Below are positions 19,957-28,248 of a DNA stretch of 64,000 nt, one piece after another (the first letter of the stretch is position 1; each line of letters opens with the position of its first letter). The position numbers and the translations under genes were made by a program. The stretch is from Candidatus Thermofontivivens primus (GTDB lineage Bacteria > Sysuimicrobiota > Sysuimicrobiia > Sysuimicrobiales > Thermofontiviventaceae). The notes under the pieces were generated by a model. It was not told the DNA's origin, ran no database searches, and was given only the letters and a program-made list of their open reading frames with translations. Where the stretch lies: NCBI GenBank assembly GCA_031458695.1, contig JAVKJW010000003.1, forward strand, positions 73,105-137,104, written 5' to 3'.

Positions 19957-21099
19957 ATGGAGGATGTGTATGTAATTGGAGTAGGGATGACCAAATTCGG
20001 CAAGCATCCCGACCGCACTGCTGTGGACCTTGGCGCAGAGGCTGTCTTAGAGGCGATCAAAGATGCGGAGATCGACCCGCGGCGTATCGAGGCAGCCTAC
20101 TGCGGCCACGTGTTCGGAGGCATGGTGACAGGGCAGAAGGTTCTTGCCCAGGTCGGTCTCGCCGGTATCCCCCTCACGAACGTGGAGAATGCCTGTTCAA
20201 GCGGAGCCACGGCAATCCGGGAGGGGTATCTCGCCATTCGCGCCAGGGAGCACGACGTTGTTCTGGCGTTTGGGCTGGAGCACCTGACCACACGGTTCCG
20301 GGGCGCGCTGACTCCTGGGGAGGACGATTTGGAGGCAGCGGTCGGCCTCACCATGCCAGGGATCTATGCCATGCGAGCCAGGCGCCATATGGAGGAATTC
20401 GGTACGACGCGCGAGGAACTCGCGCTCATCGCAGTAAAGAACAAGCGCAACGCCAGCCTGAACCCCTACGCACAGTTCCAGAACCCCGTTACCTTGGAGG
20501 AAGTCCTGAACTCCCGTCTCATCGCTGACCCGCTGCGGCTATATGATTGCTCGCCGGTGAGCGACGGCGCTGCAGCGGTGATCCTTGCCAGCGGCTGGGC
20601 CGTCGCCAAGCTCTCCTCGCGTCGCGCCGTGAGGATCGCGGCGGCTGCGCTGCGCACAGGAACTGTGGAGGTGGGACTTCCATCCATGGCCTTCGAGGAA
20701 CTGACTCATCGCACCGCCCAGGATGCCTATGAACGGGCAGGGATTGGCCCTGAAGATGTGGACTTCGCCGAGGTCCACGACTGCTTCTCCATCGCCGAGG
20801 TCTTACGGGTGGAGGGCCTGGGCCTCTATCCTGTGGGGGAGTACCCCAAGCGGGTGGCCCGCGGGGAGGCGGATATCAACGGGCGCCTGCCCATCAATCC
20901 AAGTGGTGGCCTCTTGGGGAAAGGGCACCCGTTAGGCGCGACGGGTGTTGCGCAGGTGGTGGAGCTTGTGCGGCAGCTCCGGGGAGAGGCAGGGGATCGC
21001 CAGATCGCAAGGGCGAAAGTGGGCTTGGCCCACTGCCGCGGAGGGAAGGCGGCCGGCATCGAAGGGGCAGCCTGCACGGTGATCATTGCCACGAGGTGA
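19957..21099 (+). CDS. SCP2/SCP-x-type thiolase (BbsB-like)
   Basis: VIGVGMTKFG, NVENACSSG, CSPVSDGAAA, AEVHDCF, NPSGGLLGKGHPLGATG. Confidence 0.92.
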   Translation: MEDVYVIGVGMTKFGKHPDRTAVDLGAEAVLEAIKDAEIDPRRIEAAYCGHVFGGMVTGQKVLAQVGLAGIPLTNVENACSSGATAIREGYLAIRAREHDVVLAFGLEHLTTRFRGALTPGEDDLEAAVGLTMPGIYAMRARRHMEEFGTTREELALIAVKNKRNASLNPYAQFQNPVTLEEVLNSRLIADPLRLYDCSPVSDGAAAVILASGWAVAKLSSRRAVRIAAAALRTGTVEVGLPSMAFEELTHRTAQDAYERAGIGPEDVDFAEVHDCFSIAEVLRVEGLGLYPVGEYPKRVARGEADINGRLPINPSGGLLGKGHPLGATGVAQVVELVRQLRGEAGDRQIARAKVGLAHCRGGKAAGIEGAACTVIIATR

Positions 21100-21212
21100 G
21101 GGGTTTTTGGCCTCGGTAAAACCTTTTTAACTTCAGGCGAGAGCCCTTTTGCAATCGTGGGGTTATTTCCCTTGTCTCGAGAGGAACCACGGTACCCTGA
21201 AGGAGGGAGAAG

Positions 21213-22346
21213 ATGGGTCGTCAGATCCCTATCCGGTGTGTGATTATGCGGGGAGGGACGAGCAAAGGCCTCTTCCTGCGGGCCAACGATCTCCCCTCGG
21301 ACCCGGTAAAGCGCGACCGGGTGATCCTGGCCCTGTTCGGGAGCCCAGATCCGCGTCAGATCGATGGCCTCGGGGGTGCAGACATCCTCACAAGCAAGGT
21401 GATCATTGTCGGTCCCCCCTCCCGTCCAGATGCGGACCTCGACTATACGTTTGGGCAAGTGAGCATCACAGAGCCCTTCATCGACTATGACATCAATTGC
21501 GGGAACCTCTCCGCTGCCGTGGGTGTCTATGCCCTGGAGGAAGGGTGGGTCCGCGCCGTCGAGCCAGTCACCCGCGTGCGCATGCACAACACCAACACAC
21601 GGAGTGTTCTCGTGGCTGAGGTGCCAGTGGCAGATGGTGTTCCTCAGGTGGAGGGGGAATTTGCCATTGATGGCGTTCCCGGAACGGGTGCGGAGATCGT
21701 CCTAGACTATACCGGGAGTGTGGGTGCTTCCACCGGGAGGCTCCTTCCTATGGGCCGTCCCACGGAGAGGATCCATGTACCGATCCTCGATCGCATGGTC
21801 CCGGTCAGCGTCGTGGATATCGCTAACCTCTGTGTCTTCTTCCCCGCAGAGGCCGTGGGGTTAAAAGGGACGGAAGGACCCCACGACCTCACCTCGGACC
21901 ATGCGGCAGCGATCGTGGCCATCAAAACAGAGGTGGCACGCTTGCTGGACCTCCCCAGAGGTGGGTTGATCCCAATTCCCATCGCCGTCGCCCCTCCCCG
22001 TTCCTACCGGGCATTCACTGGAAAAGAGGTAGATGCAGGAGAGATCCACCTTCTTGCTCGTCTCATCGGGGGCAGGCCTCCCGTGATGCACAAAACCTTT
22101 GCCGCTACAGCTGCTGTGTGCACCGCCGTCGCTGCCGCGATTCCTGGGTCTGTTCCCTTTGAGGTCTGCCGTTCACGTTCCGGTGAGGAGTTCGTCATCG
22201 GCCATCCTAGCGGGACCTTCCCCCTTCGGGTCCGGGTTGTTGAGCGCGACGAAGAGTGGATGGTAGAGCGTGCGGCCTACTCTCGAACCGCCCGCAGGCT
22301 CATGGAGGGGTATGCCTTCATACGTCCGAGCGTCTTGGAGGAATAA
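21213..22346 (+). CDS. PrpF/Mii-family isomerase (diaminopimelate-epimerase-like fold)
   Basis: MRGGTSKGLF, GSPDPRQIDGLGGA..LTSKV, NCGN, IDGVPGTGA, MHKT, GHPSG, RTARRLMEG. Confidence 0.92.
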   Translation: MGRQIPIRCVIMRGGTSKGLFLRANDLPSDPVKRDRVILALFGSPDPRQIDGLGGADILTSKVIIVGPPSRPDADLDYTFGQVSITEPFIDYDINCGNLSAAVGVYALEEGWVRAVEPVTRVRMHNTNTRSVLVAEVPVADGVPQVEGEFAIDGVPGTGAEIVLDYTGSVGASTGRLLPMGRPTERIHVPILDRMVPVSVVDIANLCVFFPAEAVGLKGTEGPHDLTSDHAAAIVAIKTEVARLLDLPRGGLIPIPIAVAPPRSYRAFTGKEVDAGEIHLLARLIGGRPPVMHKTFAATAAVCTAVAAAIPGSVPFEVCRSRSGEEFVIGHPSGTFPLRVRVVERDEEWMVERAAYSRTARRLMEGYAFIRPSVLEE

Positions 22347-22355
22347 AATGCCGAG

Positions 22356-23177
22356 ATGATCGGTACGGGGGAGCGACTTACTTCGGATCGGCTCGCGATT
22401 GCGCTCCATCAAGTTTCCCACCGCTTCCAGGGTCTCGGAAGAACCGTGATCGCTCTGGAGGATGTAACCCTGGAGATCGCCCGGGAGAGATTTGTTTCCA
22501 TTGTCGGCCCAAGCGGTTGCGGAAAGTCCACATTGCTGGCCATCATCGCCGGTCTCCTGCTTCCTACAAGTGGGCAGGTCTTCATCAACGGTTCTCCCGT
22601 TACGGACGTCTGCCAAGATCTTGGTTTCATCTTCCAGAAGGATGCCTTGATGCCATGGAAGACGGTGTATGAGAACATCGCCCTTCCGCTCCTGTTCCGT
22701 CGTTTCCCTCGTGAAGAGATCCATGACCGCGTGATGAGCTGGATCAAGCGCGTTGGCCTAACTGGCTTTGAGGACCACTATCCCTACCAGCTCTCGGGGG
22801 GGATGCGGAAGCGTGTGGCCCTGGCCCAGACCCTGGTCTACGAACCCTCCATTATCTTGATGGATGAGCCCTTCACGGCCCTGGATGTCCACACCAGGGA
22901 CAGAATGGAGAACGAGCTGTTGCATCTTTGGTCAGGGCTGAAGTCGACCATTGTCTTCGTGACACACGATCTCGAGGAGGCCATTGCGCTCTCTGACGAG
23001 GTTGTGGTTTTTACTGCCCGGCCTGGGCGGGTCAAAGCGCGGCACTCCATCGATCTCCCCCGTCCAAGGAATGTCGCTGAGATCCGTGCCAGCCCTGAGT
23101 TCCTCAAGGTCTACCGGATGGTCTGGGAAGATTTGAGGGATGAGGTGGTGGCCAGTTATGGGCAACAGGGTGATTGA
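22356..23177 (+). CDS. NitT/TauT ABC ATPase
   Basis: GPSGCGKST, LSGGMRKR, LMDEPF, FVTHDLEEA. Confidence 0.94.
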   Translation: MIGTGERLTSDRLAIALHQVSHRFQGLGRTVIALEDVTLEIARERFVSIVGPSGCGKSTLLAIIAGLLLPTSGQVFINGSPVTDVCQDLGFIFQKDALMPWKTVYENIALPLLFRRFPREEIHDRVMSWIKRVGLTGFEDHYPYQLSGGMRKRVALAQTLVYEPSIILMDEPFTALDVHTRDRMENELLHLWSGLKSTIVFVTHDLEEAIALSDEVVVFTARPGRVKARHSIDLPRPRNVAEIRASPEFLKVYRMVWEDLRDEVVASYGQQGD

Positions 23178-23949
23178 CCACAGGGTCGCTGCTGTGCTCC
23201 AGGCAGGGATTGTGGTTGCATTCTTGATTCTCTGGGAGCTCGGCGGGAGGAGCGGATTCCTCGACCCCTTCTTCTATAGTATGCCCTCCCGGATCATCGC
23301 CACGATCGCCTACTGGGCGCGCCAGGGGGTTTTGGCCGTCGATCTTCTCACCACGGTGTACGAGATGCTGCTGGGATTTGCTTTGGGGACAGGCGGCGGG
23401 ATTGTTTTGGGGTACTTCCTCGCAACTGTTCCCATTCTGGACGCGGTGTTCACTCCCTTTATGGTCCTGTTCAACGCCACGCCCCGTCTTGTGCTCGTTC
23501 CTCTGTTCATCCTCTGGTTTGGGATCGGCTTGGCCTCGAAGGTGGTGCTGAGTGCAGTGATCGTGATCTTCCCTGTGCTCTTCGCCACCTACTCCGGGAT
23601 CAAGGAGGTGGACCCGGATCTCATCGCCAAGGCCCGTGTCCTTGGCGCACGACCAGTGGACATTACATGGCACGTTCTCATCCCTTCAGCGCTGAGCTGG
23701 GTGTTCAGCGGGCTCCGGGTGAGCGTAGGATTTGCCCTGATCGGTGCCGTAGTAGGGGAGTATCTGGGCGCGAACCGGGGCCTGGGTTACCGTATCGCCT
23801 TCAGCCAGGCGATGTTTGATGCGACGGGTGTTTTCGCTGGCCTGATCGTATTGCTGGCCGTGGTGTGGGTCATTGACAGCCTAGTCAAAAATTTGGAGCA
23901 ACGCCTTTCGGTTTGGAAGCCTGCATCCTCCCGTGTGCAGGGGTCGTGA
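23158..23949 (+). CDS. NitT/TauT ABC permease
   Basis: PLFILWFGIG, ARVLGA, GAVVGEYLGANRGLG. Confidence 0.92.
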   Translation: MGNRVIDHRVAAVLQAGIVVAFLILWELGGRSGFLDPFFYSMPSRIIATIAYWARQGVLAVDLLTTVYEMLLGFALGTGGGIVLGYFLATVPILDAVFTPFMVLFNATPRLVLVPLFILWFGIGLASKVVLSAVIVIFPVLFATYSGIKEVDPDLIAKARVLGARPVDITWHVLIPSALSWVFSGLRVSVGFALIGAVVGEYLGANRGLGYRIAFSQAMFDATGVFAGLIVLLAVVWVIDSLVKNLEQRLSVWKPASSRVQGS

Positions 23950-23975
23950 CATCGGAGTAAGGGCAGGAAGCTGCA

Positions 23976-25175
23976 ATGGGAACGCCAGTCATCATCGACG
24001 CAGTGCGGACGCCCATTGGGCGATACAACGGCATCCTGCGTGACGTGCGGCCCGATGACCTCGCTGCGCACGTGATCCGGGCGCTCCTGGAACGGACGAA
24101 GCTAGATCCGTCCCTCATCGAAGACGTGATCTTCGGTGCAGCAAACCAGGCTGGGGAGGACAACCGTAACGTCGCCCGCATGGCGTTGTTGCTCGCCGGC
24201 CTTCCCGTGACCGTGGCCGGACAGACGGTCAACCGTCTCTGTGGCTCTGGGATGCAGGCGGTGATCTCTGCAGCGCATGCCATCAAAGTAGGAGAGGGCG
24301 ATGTGTTCATCGCCGGGGGCGTTGAGTCCATGACCAGAGCTCCTTTTGTCATGGCGAAGCCCTCGACGGCATTCCCCCGCGGCGAGCTCACGCTCTATGA
24401 CACCACGATCGGTTGGCGTTTGATCAATCCCAAGCTCGCTGAGATGTACCCGCCGTACAGTATGGGCGAGACAGCGGAGATCGTTGCAGAGCACTTCGGC
24501 GTGACGCGCGAAGAGCAAGACCGGTTTGCCCTCCTCAGCCATCAGAAGGCTACTCGGGCGATTGCGGAAGGCCGCTTCCGAGACGAGATTGTCCCGGTGG
24601 TGATCCCGCGTCCCGGCGGGGAAGTTCACGTGGTGGAAGTAGATGAGCATCCCCGGCCGGACACGACCCTGGAGAAGCTGGCTACGTTACCACCAATCTT
24701 TAAGAAAGGTGGGACGGTAACCGCCGGGAACTCCTCTGGGATCAACGACGGGGCAGCTGCGCTGCTTCTTACCTCCCTAGAGAAAGCAGAGGAGCTGGGA
24801 CTCCAGCCCATGGCAAGGATCGTGGCCTCCGCAGTGGCTGGGGTAGATCCGGCATATATGGGACTTGGCCCTATTCCAGCGACGCAAAAGGTCTTGAAAC
24901 GTGCTGGGCTCACCATCGAGGATATGGATGTTGTGGAGTTAAACGAAGCCTTCGCCGCGCAAGTCATTCCGTGCATCCGGGAGCTTGGCATCCCTCTAGA
25001 AAAGCTTAACCCCAACGGGGGCGCGATTGCCCTTGGCCATCCCCTCGGGTGCACAGGCGCCAGGATCCTCACCACTCTGGTCCATGAGCTGCGCCGCCGG
25101 AGGGGGAGGTATGGGCTGGCGACCATGTGCATTGGCGTAGGGCAAGGAATTGCCGTTGTCGTGGAAGCACTGTAA
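23976..25175 (+). CDS. Degradative thiolase, PaaJ/PcaF (3-oxoadipyl-CoA thiolase) type
   Basis: [67 protein letters not shown]. Confidence 0.92.
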   Translation: MGTPVIIDAVRTPIGRYNGILRDVRPDDLAAHVIRALLERTKLDPSLIEDVIFGAANQAGEDNRNVARMALLLAGLPVTVAGQTVNRLCGSGMQAVISAAHAIKVGEGDVFIAGGVESMTRAPFVMAKPSTAFPRGELTLYDTTIGWRLINPKLAEMYPPYSMGETAEIVAEHFGVTREEQDRFALLSHQKATRAIAEGRFRDEIVPVVIPRPGGEVHVVEVDEHPRPDTTLEKLATLPPIFKKGGTVTAGNSSGINDGAAALLLTSLEKAEELGLQPMARIVASAVAGVDPAYMGLGPIPATQKVLKRAGLTIEDMDVVELNEAFAAQVIPCIRELGIPLEKLNPNGGAIALGHPLGCTGARILTTLVHELRRRRGRYGLATMCIGVGQGIAVVVEAL

Positions 25176-25300
25176 GAGCAGATGGAGGGGCGCTCCCGAA
25201 CCCGCAGAGGTCCCTTTCCGGAGAGGAAGGTTTTGCTCTCCCAGAGAACAGGATGGGTGAGTCGGTGCTAGGAGGGGAGAAGGATGAAGGAAGGAAAAGA

Positions 25301-26047
25301 ATGTGTATTGTCCTGGCCCTTGTAACGACGCTCGCTTTGGTCGTCGTGGCATTTCAGGAAGCAGAGAGCGAGGGGGTGAGGAAGGTGACACTCCGGTATT
25401 TCGGCCACGCGACATTTTTGATCACTGCGCCCGATGGGACGACGATCCTGACCGACCCATTTGATCGATCGGTGGGCTACCCGATGCCGGACGTGCGTCC
25501 ATCTGTGGTGACGGTTTCCCACGAGCACTTTGACCACAACTTTGTCCAAATGGCCAAGGGCAACCCGAAGGTCATCCGTGGCCTTAAGGACGGGGGCAAA
25601 GAGTGGGCCCAGGTCAAAGAGCAAGTTGGGAAGGTGACGATCACGACTGTTCCCACCTACCACGACGGGTCGAAGGGGAGCCATCGGGGGAAGAACGCGA
25701 TTTTCGTCTTCGAGATGGATGGCTTACGTCTCGCTCATCTTGGGGACCTCGGTCACGTCCTTACCGAAGACCAAGTGAAGGCCGTCGGTAGCGTGAACGT
25801 GGTGATGATTCCTGTGGGTGGCTTCTTTACCATCGATGCGAAGGAGGCAGACCAGGTCCTGGCTCAGCTCAAGCCGCAGATCGCCATCCCCATGCACTTT
25901 CGGACCGAAGCCACTGCCAGCTGGTCCATCGCACCGGTGGACGAGTTCCTGAAGGGCAAGGCGAACGTAAAACGCGTGGGTCACCAAGTTGATCTCCCGG
26001 CCGAGCTCCCCAAGTCCATAGAGATCTGGGTGATGAGCTACAAGTAG
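25301..26047 (+). CDS. Secreted MBL-fold metallo-hydrolase (start uncertain: 25253 or 25301)
   Basis: Hydrophobic N-terminus; YFGHATF, TDPF, SHEHFDH, YHD, HLGDLGH, IPVGG, IPMHF. Confidence 0.85.
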   Translation: MCIVLALVTTLALVVVAFQEAESEGVRKVTLRYFGHATFLITAPDGTTILTDPFDRSVGYPMPDVRPSVVTVSHEHFDHNFVQMAKGNPKVIRGLKDGGKEWAQVKEQVGKVTITTVPTYHDGSKGSHRGKNAIFVFEMDGLRLAHLGDLGHVLTEDQVKAVGSVNVVMIPVGGFFTIDAKEADQVLAQLKPQIAIPMHFRTEATASWSIAPVDEFLKGKANVKRVGHQVDLPAELPKSIEIWVMSYK

Positions 26048-26110
26048 TCCAACGGTGCATGTCTCTTTCTGGACAAACGCCCTTCAACGTGGCAAGATAT
26101 ACTCGGAGCT

Positions 26111-26186
26111 GGCGGCGTAGCCAAGGGGCAAAGGCGGAGGACTGCAAATCCTCTATTCCCGGGTTCAAGTCCCGGCGCCGCCTCCA
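26111..26186 (+). tRNA. tRNA-Cys (GCA)
   Basis: Acceptor GGCGGCG/CGCCGCC + discriminator T + CCA; anticodon arm GAGGA-CTGCAAA-TCCTC; T-loop GGTTCAAGTCC. Confidence 0.97.
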
Positions 26187-26231
26187 TGGACCTGTGCATC
26201 GAGCTCGACACCATGAGGACATCTGCAAGGT

Positions 26232-26732
26232 TTAGGATGTTGCCTCTTTCTTTCGAAGCCTTCCAGGCTTTCGGGGCCACCTGCTAAGGAAACGAAATGT
26301 TGCATTCTTTTTCCGGATCGGGTCGATAGAGAGGGTAGCGACCGGGGCAGGAAAATCTGGTCGGCGTGCACGTTCTGATACGCGCTGCTTAGAGACCTCG
26401 AGGGTTCTCACGACCTCCGACACACCCACAAGTTCTGGGATGTTCGGCTCGTCGATTTCGCGTACGAAACCATCCCACAATTGAGCTTCGGCATCCATAA
26501 TCGAAACGGGCCCGATTTTCGCCCGCCTCAACGCCTTGAGAAAGATCCGCAGTCCGGCACAAATCGCCTTTGACGGTGCCTCCGCTTCAACAAACAGCCA
26601 CGCAGATATTGCTCTCGGACCATAGCTAACAGTTCCTGCATGCACCTCGACCTCCTCGAGGATCGATTCGGCTTGATCATTAGTCAGAGGAGTAGCACAC
26701 TCGACCTTGAGCTTAACGGTCCGTTCCCTCAT
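26232..26732 (-). CDS. Hypothetical protein with C-terminal AlpA/excisionase-like HTH
   Basis: ELVGVSEVVRTLEVSKQRVSERARRPDFPAPVATL resembles an AlpA-type HTH with the 'DFPAP' wing. Confidence 0.6.
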   Translation of the reverse strand: MRERTVKLKVECATPLTNDQAESILEEVEVHAGTVSYGPRAISAWLFVEAEAPSKAICAGLRIFLKALRRAKIGPVSIMDAEAQLWDGFVREIDEPNIPELVGVSEVVRTLEVSKQRVSERARRPDFPAPVATLSIDPIRKKNATFRFLSRWPRKPGRLRKKEATS

Positions 26733-26899
26733 TGTCTTTTCTCTTTCTTTGGGTAAAACTCCCCCGACGTCTTTGGGCGAAGTGAAGCGTAGAAGCTCCC
26801 TGGGGCAAGAAGCCGTGGTGAGTTACGAACGTACGTTTGCTGTTGACTGTGGAACGGGGAAGGGCAATGCTAGTACCGGCGATATCATTCCACGTATCG

Positions 26900-27154
26900 A
26901 TGACAAAACGTGACAAGCTCATCGCCCAATTCTTTCGCGACCCCCCGGAAGTCTCTTTTGGTGATGTTGTCAGAGTCCTTGAGCTCCTTGGGTATCGACC
27001 GACAGGAGGCGGTAAGGGAAGCCACCATGTGTTTCGCAATTCCAAAGGACAAATGATTACCGTGCCGACTGTTCACGGAAGGAAAGTAAAGAGGCAATAC
27101 GTCCGAAAGATACGAATGCTTTTGGAGGAGGAGGGGTATGGACCAGAAGAGTAA
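26900..27154 (+). CDS. hicA: HicA-family toxin (mRNA interferase)
   Basis: 84 aa; FGDVVRVLELLGY...GKGSHHVFR...ITVP.VHG..VKRQYVRKI, with the catalytic GSH motif. Confidence 0.9.
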   Translation: MTKRDKLIAQFFRDPPEVSFGDVVRVLELLGYRPTGGGKGSHHVFRNSKGQMITVPTVHGRKVKRQYVRKIRMLLEEEGYGPEE

Positions 27155-27725
27155 TCCCTACCCACTTGACTATTACCTGAAGTTAAAGTATCCAGTCACT
27201 CTCTACCCAGAGGAGGAGGGTGGCTTTACCGTCGAGATCCTGGATCTTCCAGGGTGTATCTCGCAGGGAGAAACGGTTGAAGAGGCTTTAGAGATGATTG
27301 AAGATGCTCGCAGGAAGTGGATTGAGACCGCCTACAAGCACGGCGACGAGATCCCCCTGCCAGCGAGCGAGAGGCGGTATAGCGGGCGTGTACTGGTTCG
27401 GATGCCAAGATCGTTGCACCGTAAGCTTGCATTAGCCGCGGAACGCGAAGGAGTGAGTCTTAACCAGTACATCGTCACACTCCTTTCCGAGAAGAACGCT
27501 CTTGCACTGCTGAAAGGAGAATTTCGTATTCAGCAAGATTTTCCCAGTTACTCTCCAGTTGCGAGTTCTCGGCGCGAATTCATGCGGAGCTTTTTGTCTT
27601 CACATTCCAAGCAGATGTTCTATCCTAAACCAGATGAGCCTGAGATCCCGTCGGTGTGGTTGTTCACACGAGAGGGTAGTGGAACCGGAGCGCTGGAGCA
27701 GGGGACGTTGCGAAGAAGGAGCTGA
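27138..27725 (+). CDS. hicB: HicB-family antitoxin with RHH domain and a C-terminal extension
   Basis: YPVTLYPEEEGGF.VEI.DLPGCISQGETVEEA, then YSGRVLVRMPRSLHRKL...AEREGVSLNQYI, then about 70 extra aa. Confidence 0.9.
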   Translation: MDQKSNPYPLDYYLKLKYPVTLYPEEEGGFTVEILDLPGCISQGETVEEALEMIEDARRKWIETAYKHGDEIPLPASERRYSGRVLVRMPRSLHRKLALAAEREGVSLNQYIVTLLSEKNALALLKGEFRIQQDFPSYSPVASSRREFMRSFLSSHSKQMFYPKPDEPEIPSVWLFTREGSGTGALEQGTLRRRS

Positions 27726-27731
27726 AGAGCC

Positions 27732-28130
27732 ATGGCTGCAAGGACTTCAACTAAGGTTAGTCGACGCAACCTTGCTGGTGTACGAACAATTCCCATTAAG
27801 GTCAGATATCCCGAAGGTGTCCCAACATTGTACGTGCATGGTGCTTGGGGTGGCGTTGGACCGAAGGGAGAGATTATCGTCTATTTGTACCAAGAGTCCC
27901 AAGAGTTTCCTTCGGCATTTCAAGTTACCGTGGATGCTAGGGGGAAGGTTCAAAGACACGAAGCGGTCGAATACAGTGGGGCAGTGGAGAGGGAGGTTCT
28001 GGCGAAGTTACTAATGCCCCCAGAAGTTGCTAGAGCGGTAGGAGAGTGGCTCAAAAGTAAAGCAGAGGAATTTGAGAAACTCACGCGAGATCTCGCGTCC
28101 GGGGATAGAGAAGCTGGCCCCTCTACTTAG
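27732..28130 (+). CDS. Hypothetical protein, DUF3467-like
   Basis: 132 aa; PTLYVHGAWGG...GEIIVYLYQE...REVLAKLLMPPEVARAVGEWL...FEK (beta-beta-beta-helix pattern); starts 6 bp after hicB. Confidence 0.6.
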   Translation: MAARTSTKVSRRNLAGVRTIPIKVRYPEGVPTLYVHGAWGGVGPKGEIIVYLYQESQEFPSAFQVTVDARGKVQRHEAVEYSGAVEREVLAKLLMPPEVARAVGEWLKSKAEEFEKLTRDLASGDREAGPST

Positions 28131-28248
28131 TTTTGCGGATGCGAGTGTCATCACGTGTGCCGAACGAAACGGCGGTTGTGTCCTCACCCTTGACAAACAG
28201 GACTTCCAGGTTGCCGCCCGGGAAGGGAAGCTAGCGGTGTTCCCCTGA
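28126..28248 (+). pseudogene. 3' remnant of a VapC/PIN-domain toxin gene
   Basis: Hand translation LSFADASVITCAERNGGCVLTLDKQDFQVAAREGKLAVFP* matches the PIN C-terminal pattern (F.DA...A....TLD..DF); no start codon or N-terminal half. Confidence 0.75.

Noticed and set aside
21100..21130. Possible intrinsic terminator after the SCP2 thiolase
   Set aside because: Stem is weak and relies on A-U/G-U pairs; the downstream genes appear to continue the same operon.
1754..25175. Canonical aerobic phenylacetate (paa) pathway
   Set aside because: No paaABCDE epoxidase or paaZ in the window.
26733..26830. Possible toxin remnant upstream of the minus-strand HTH gene
   Set aside because: Translations give no convincing family motif.
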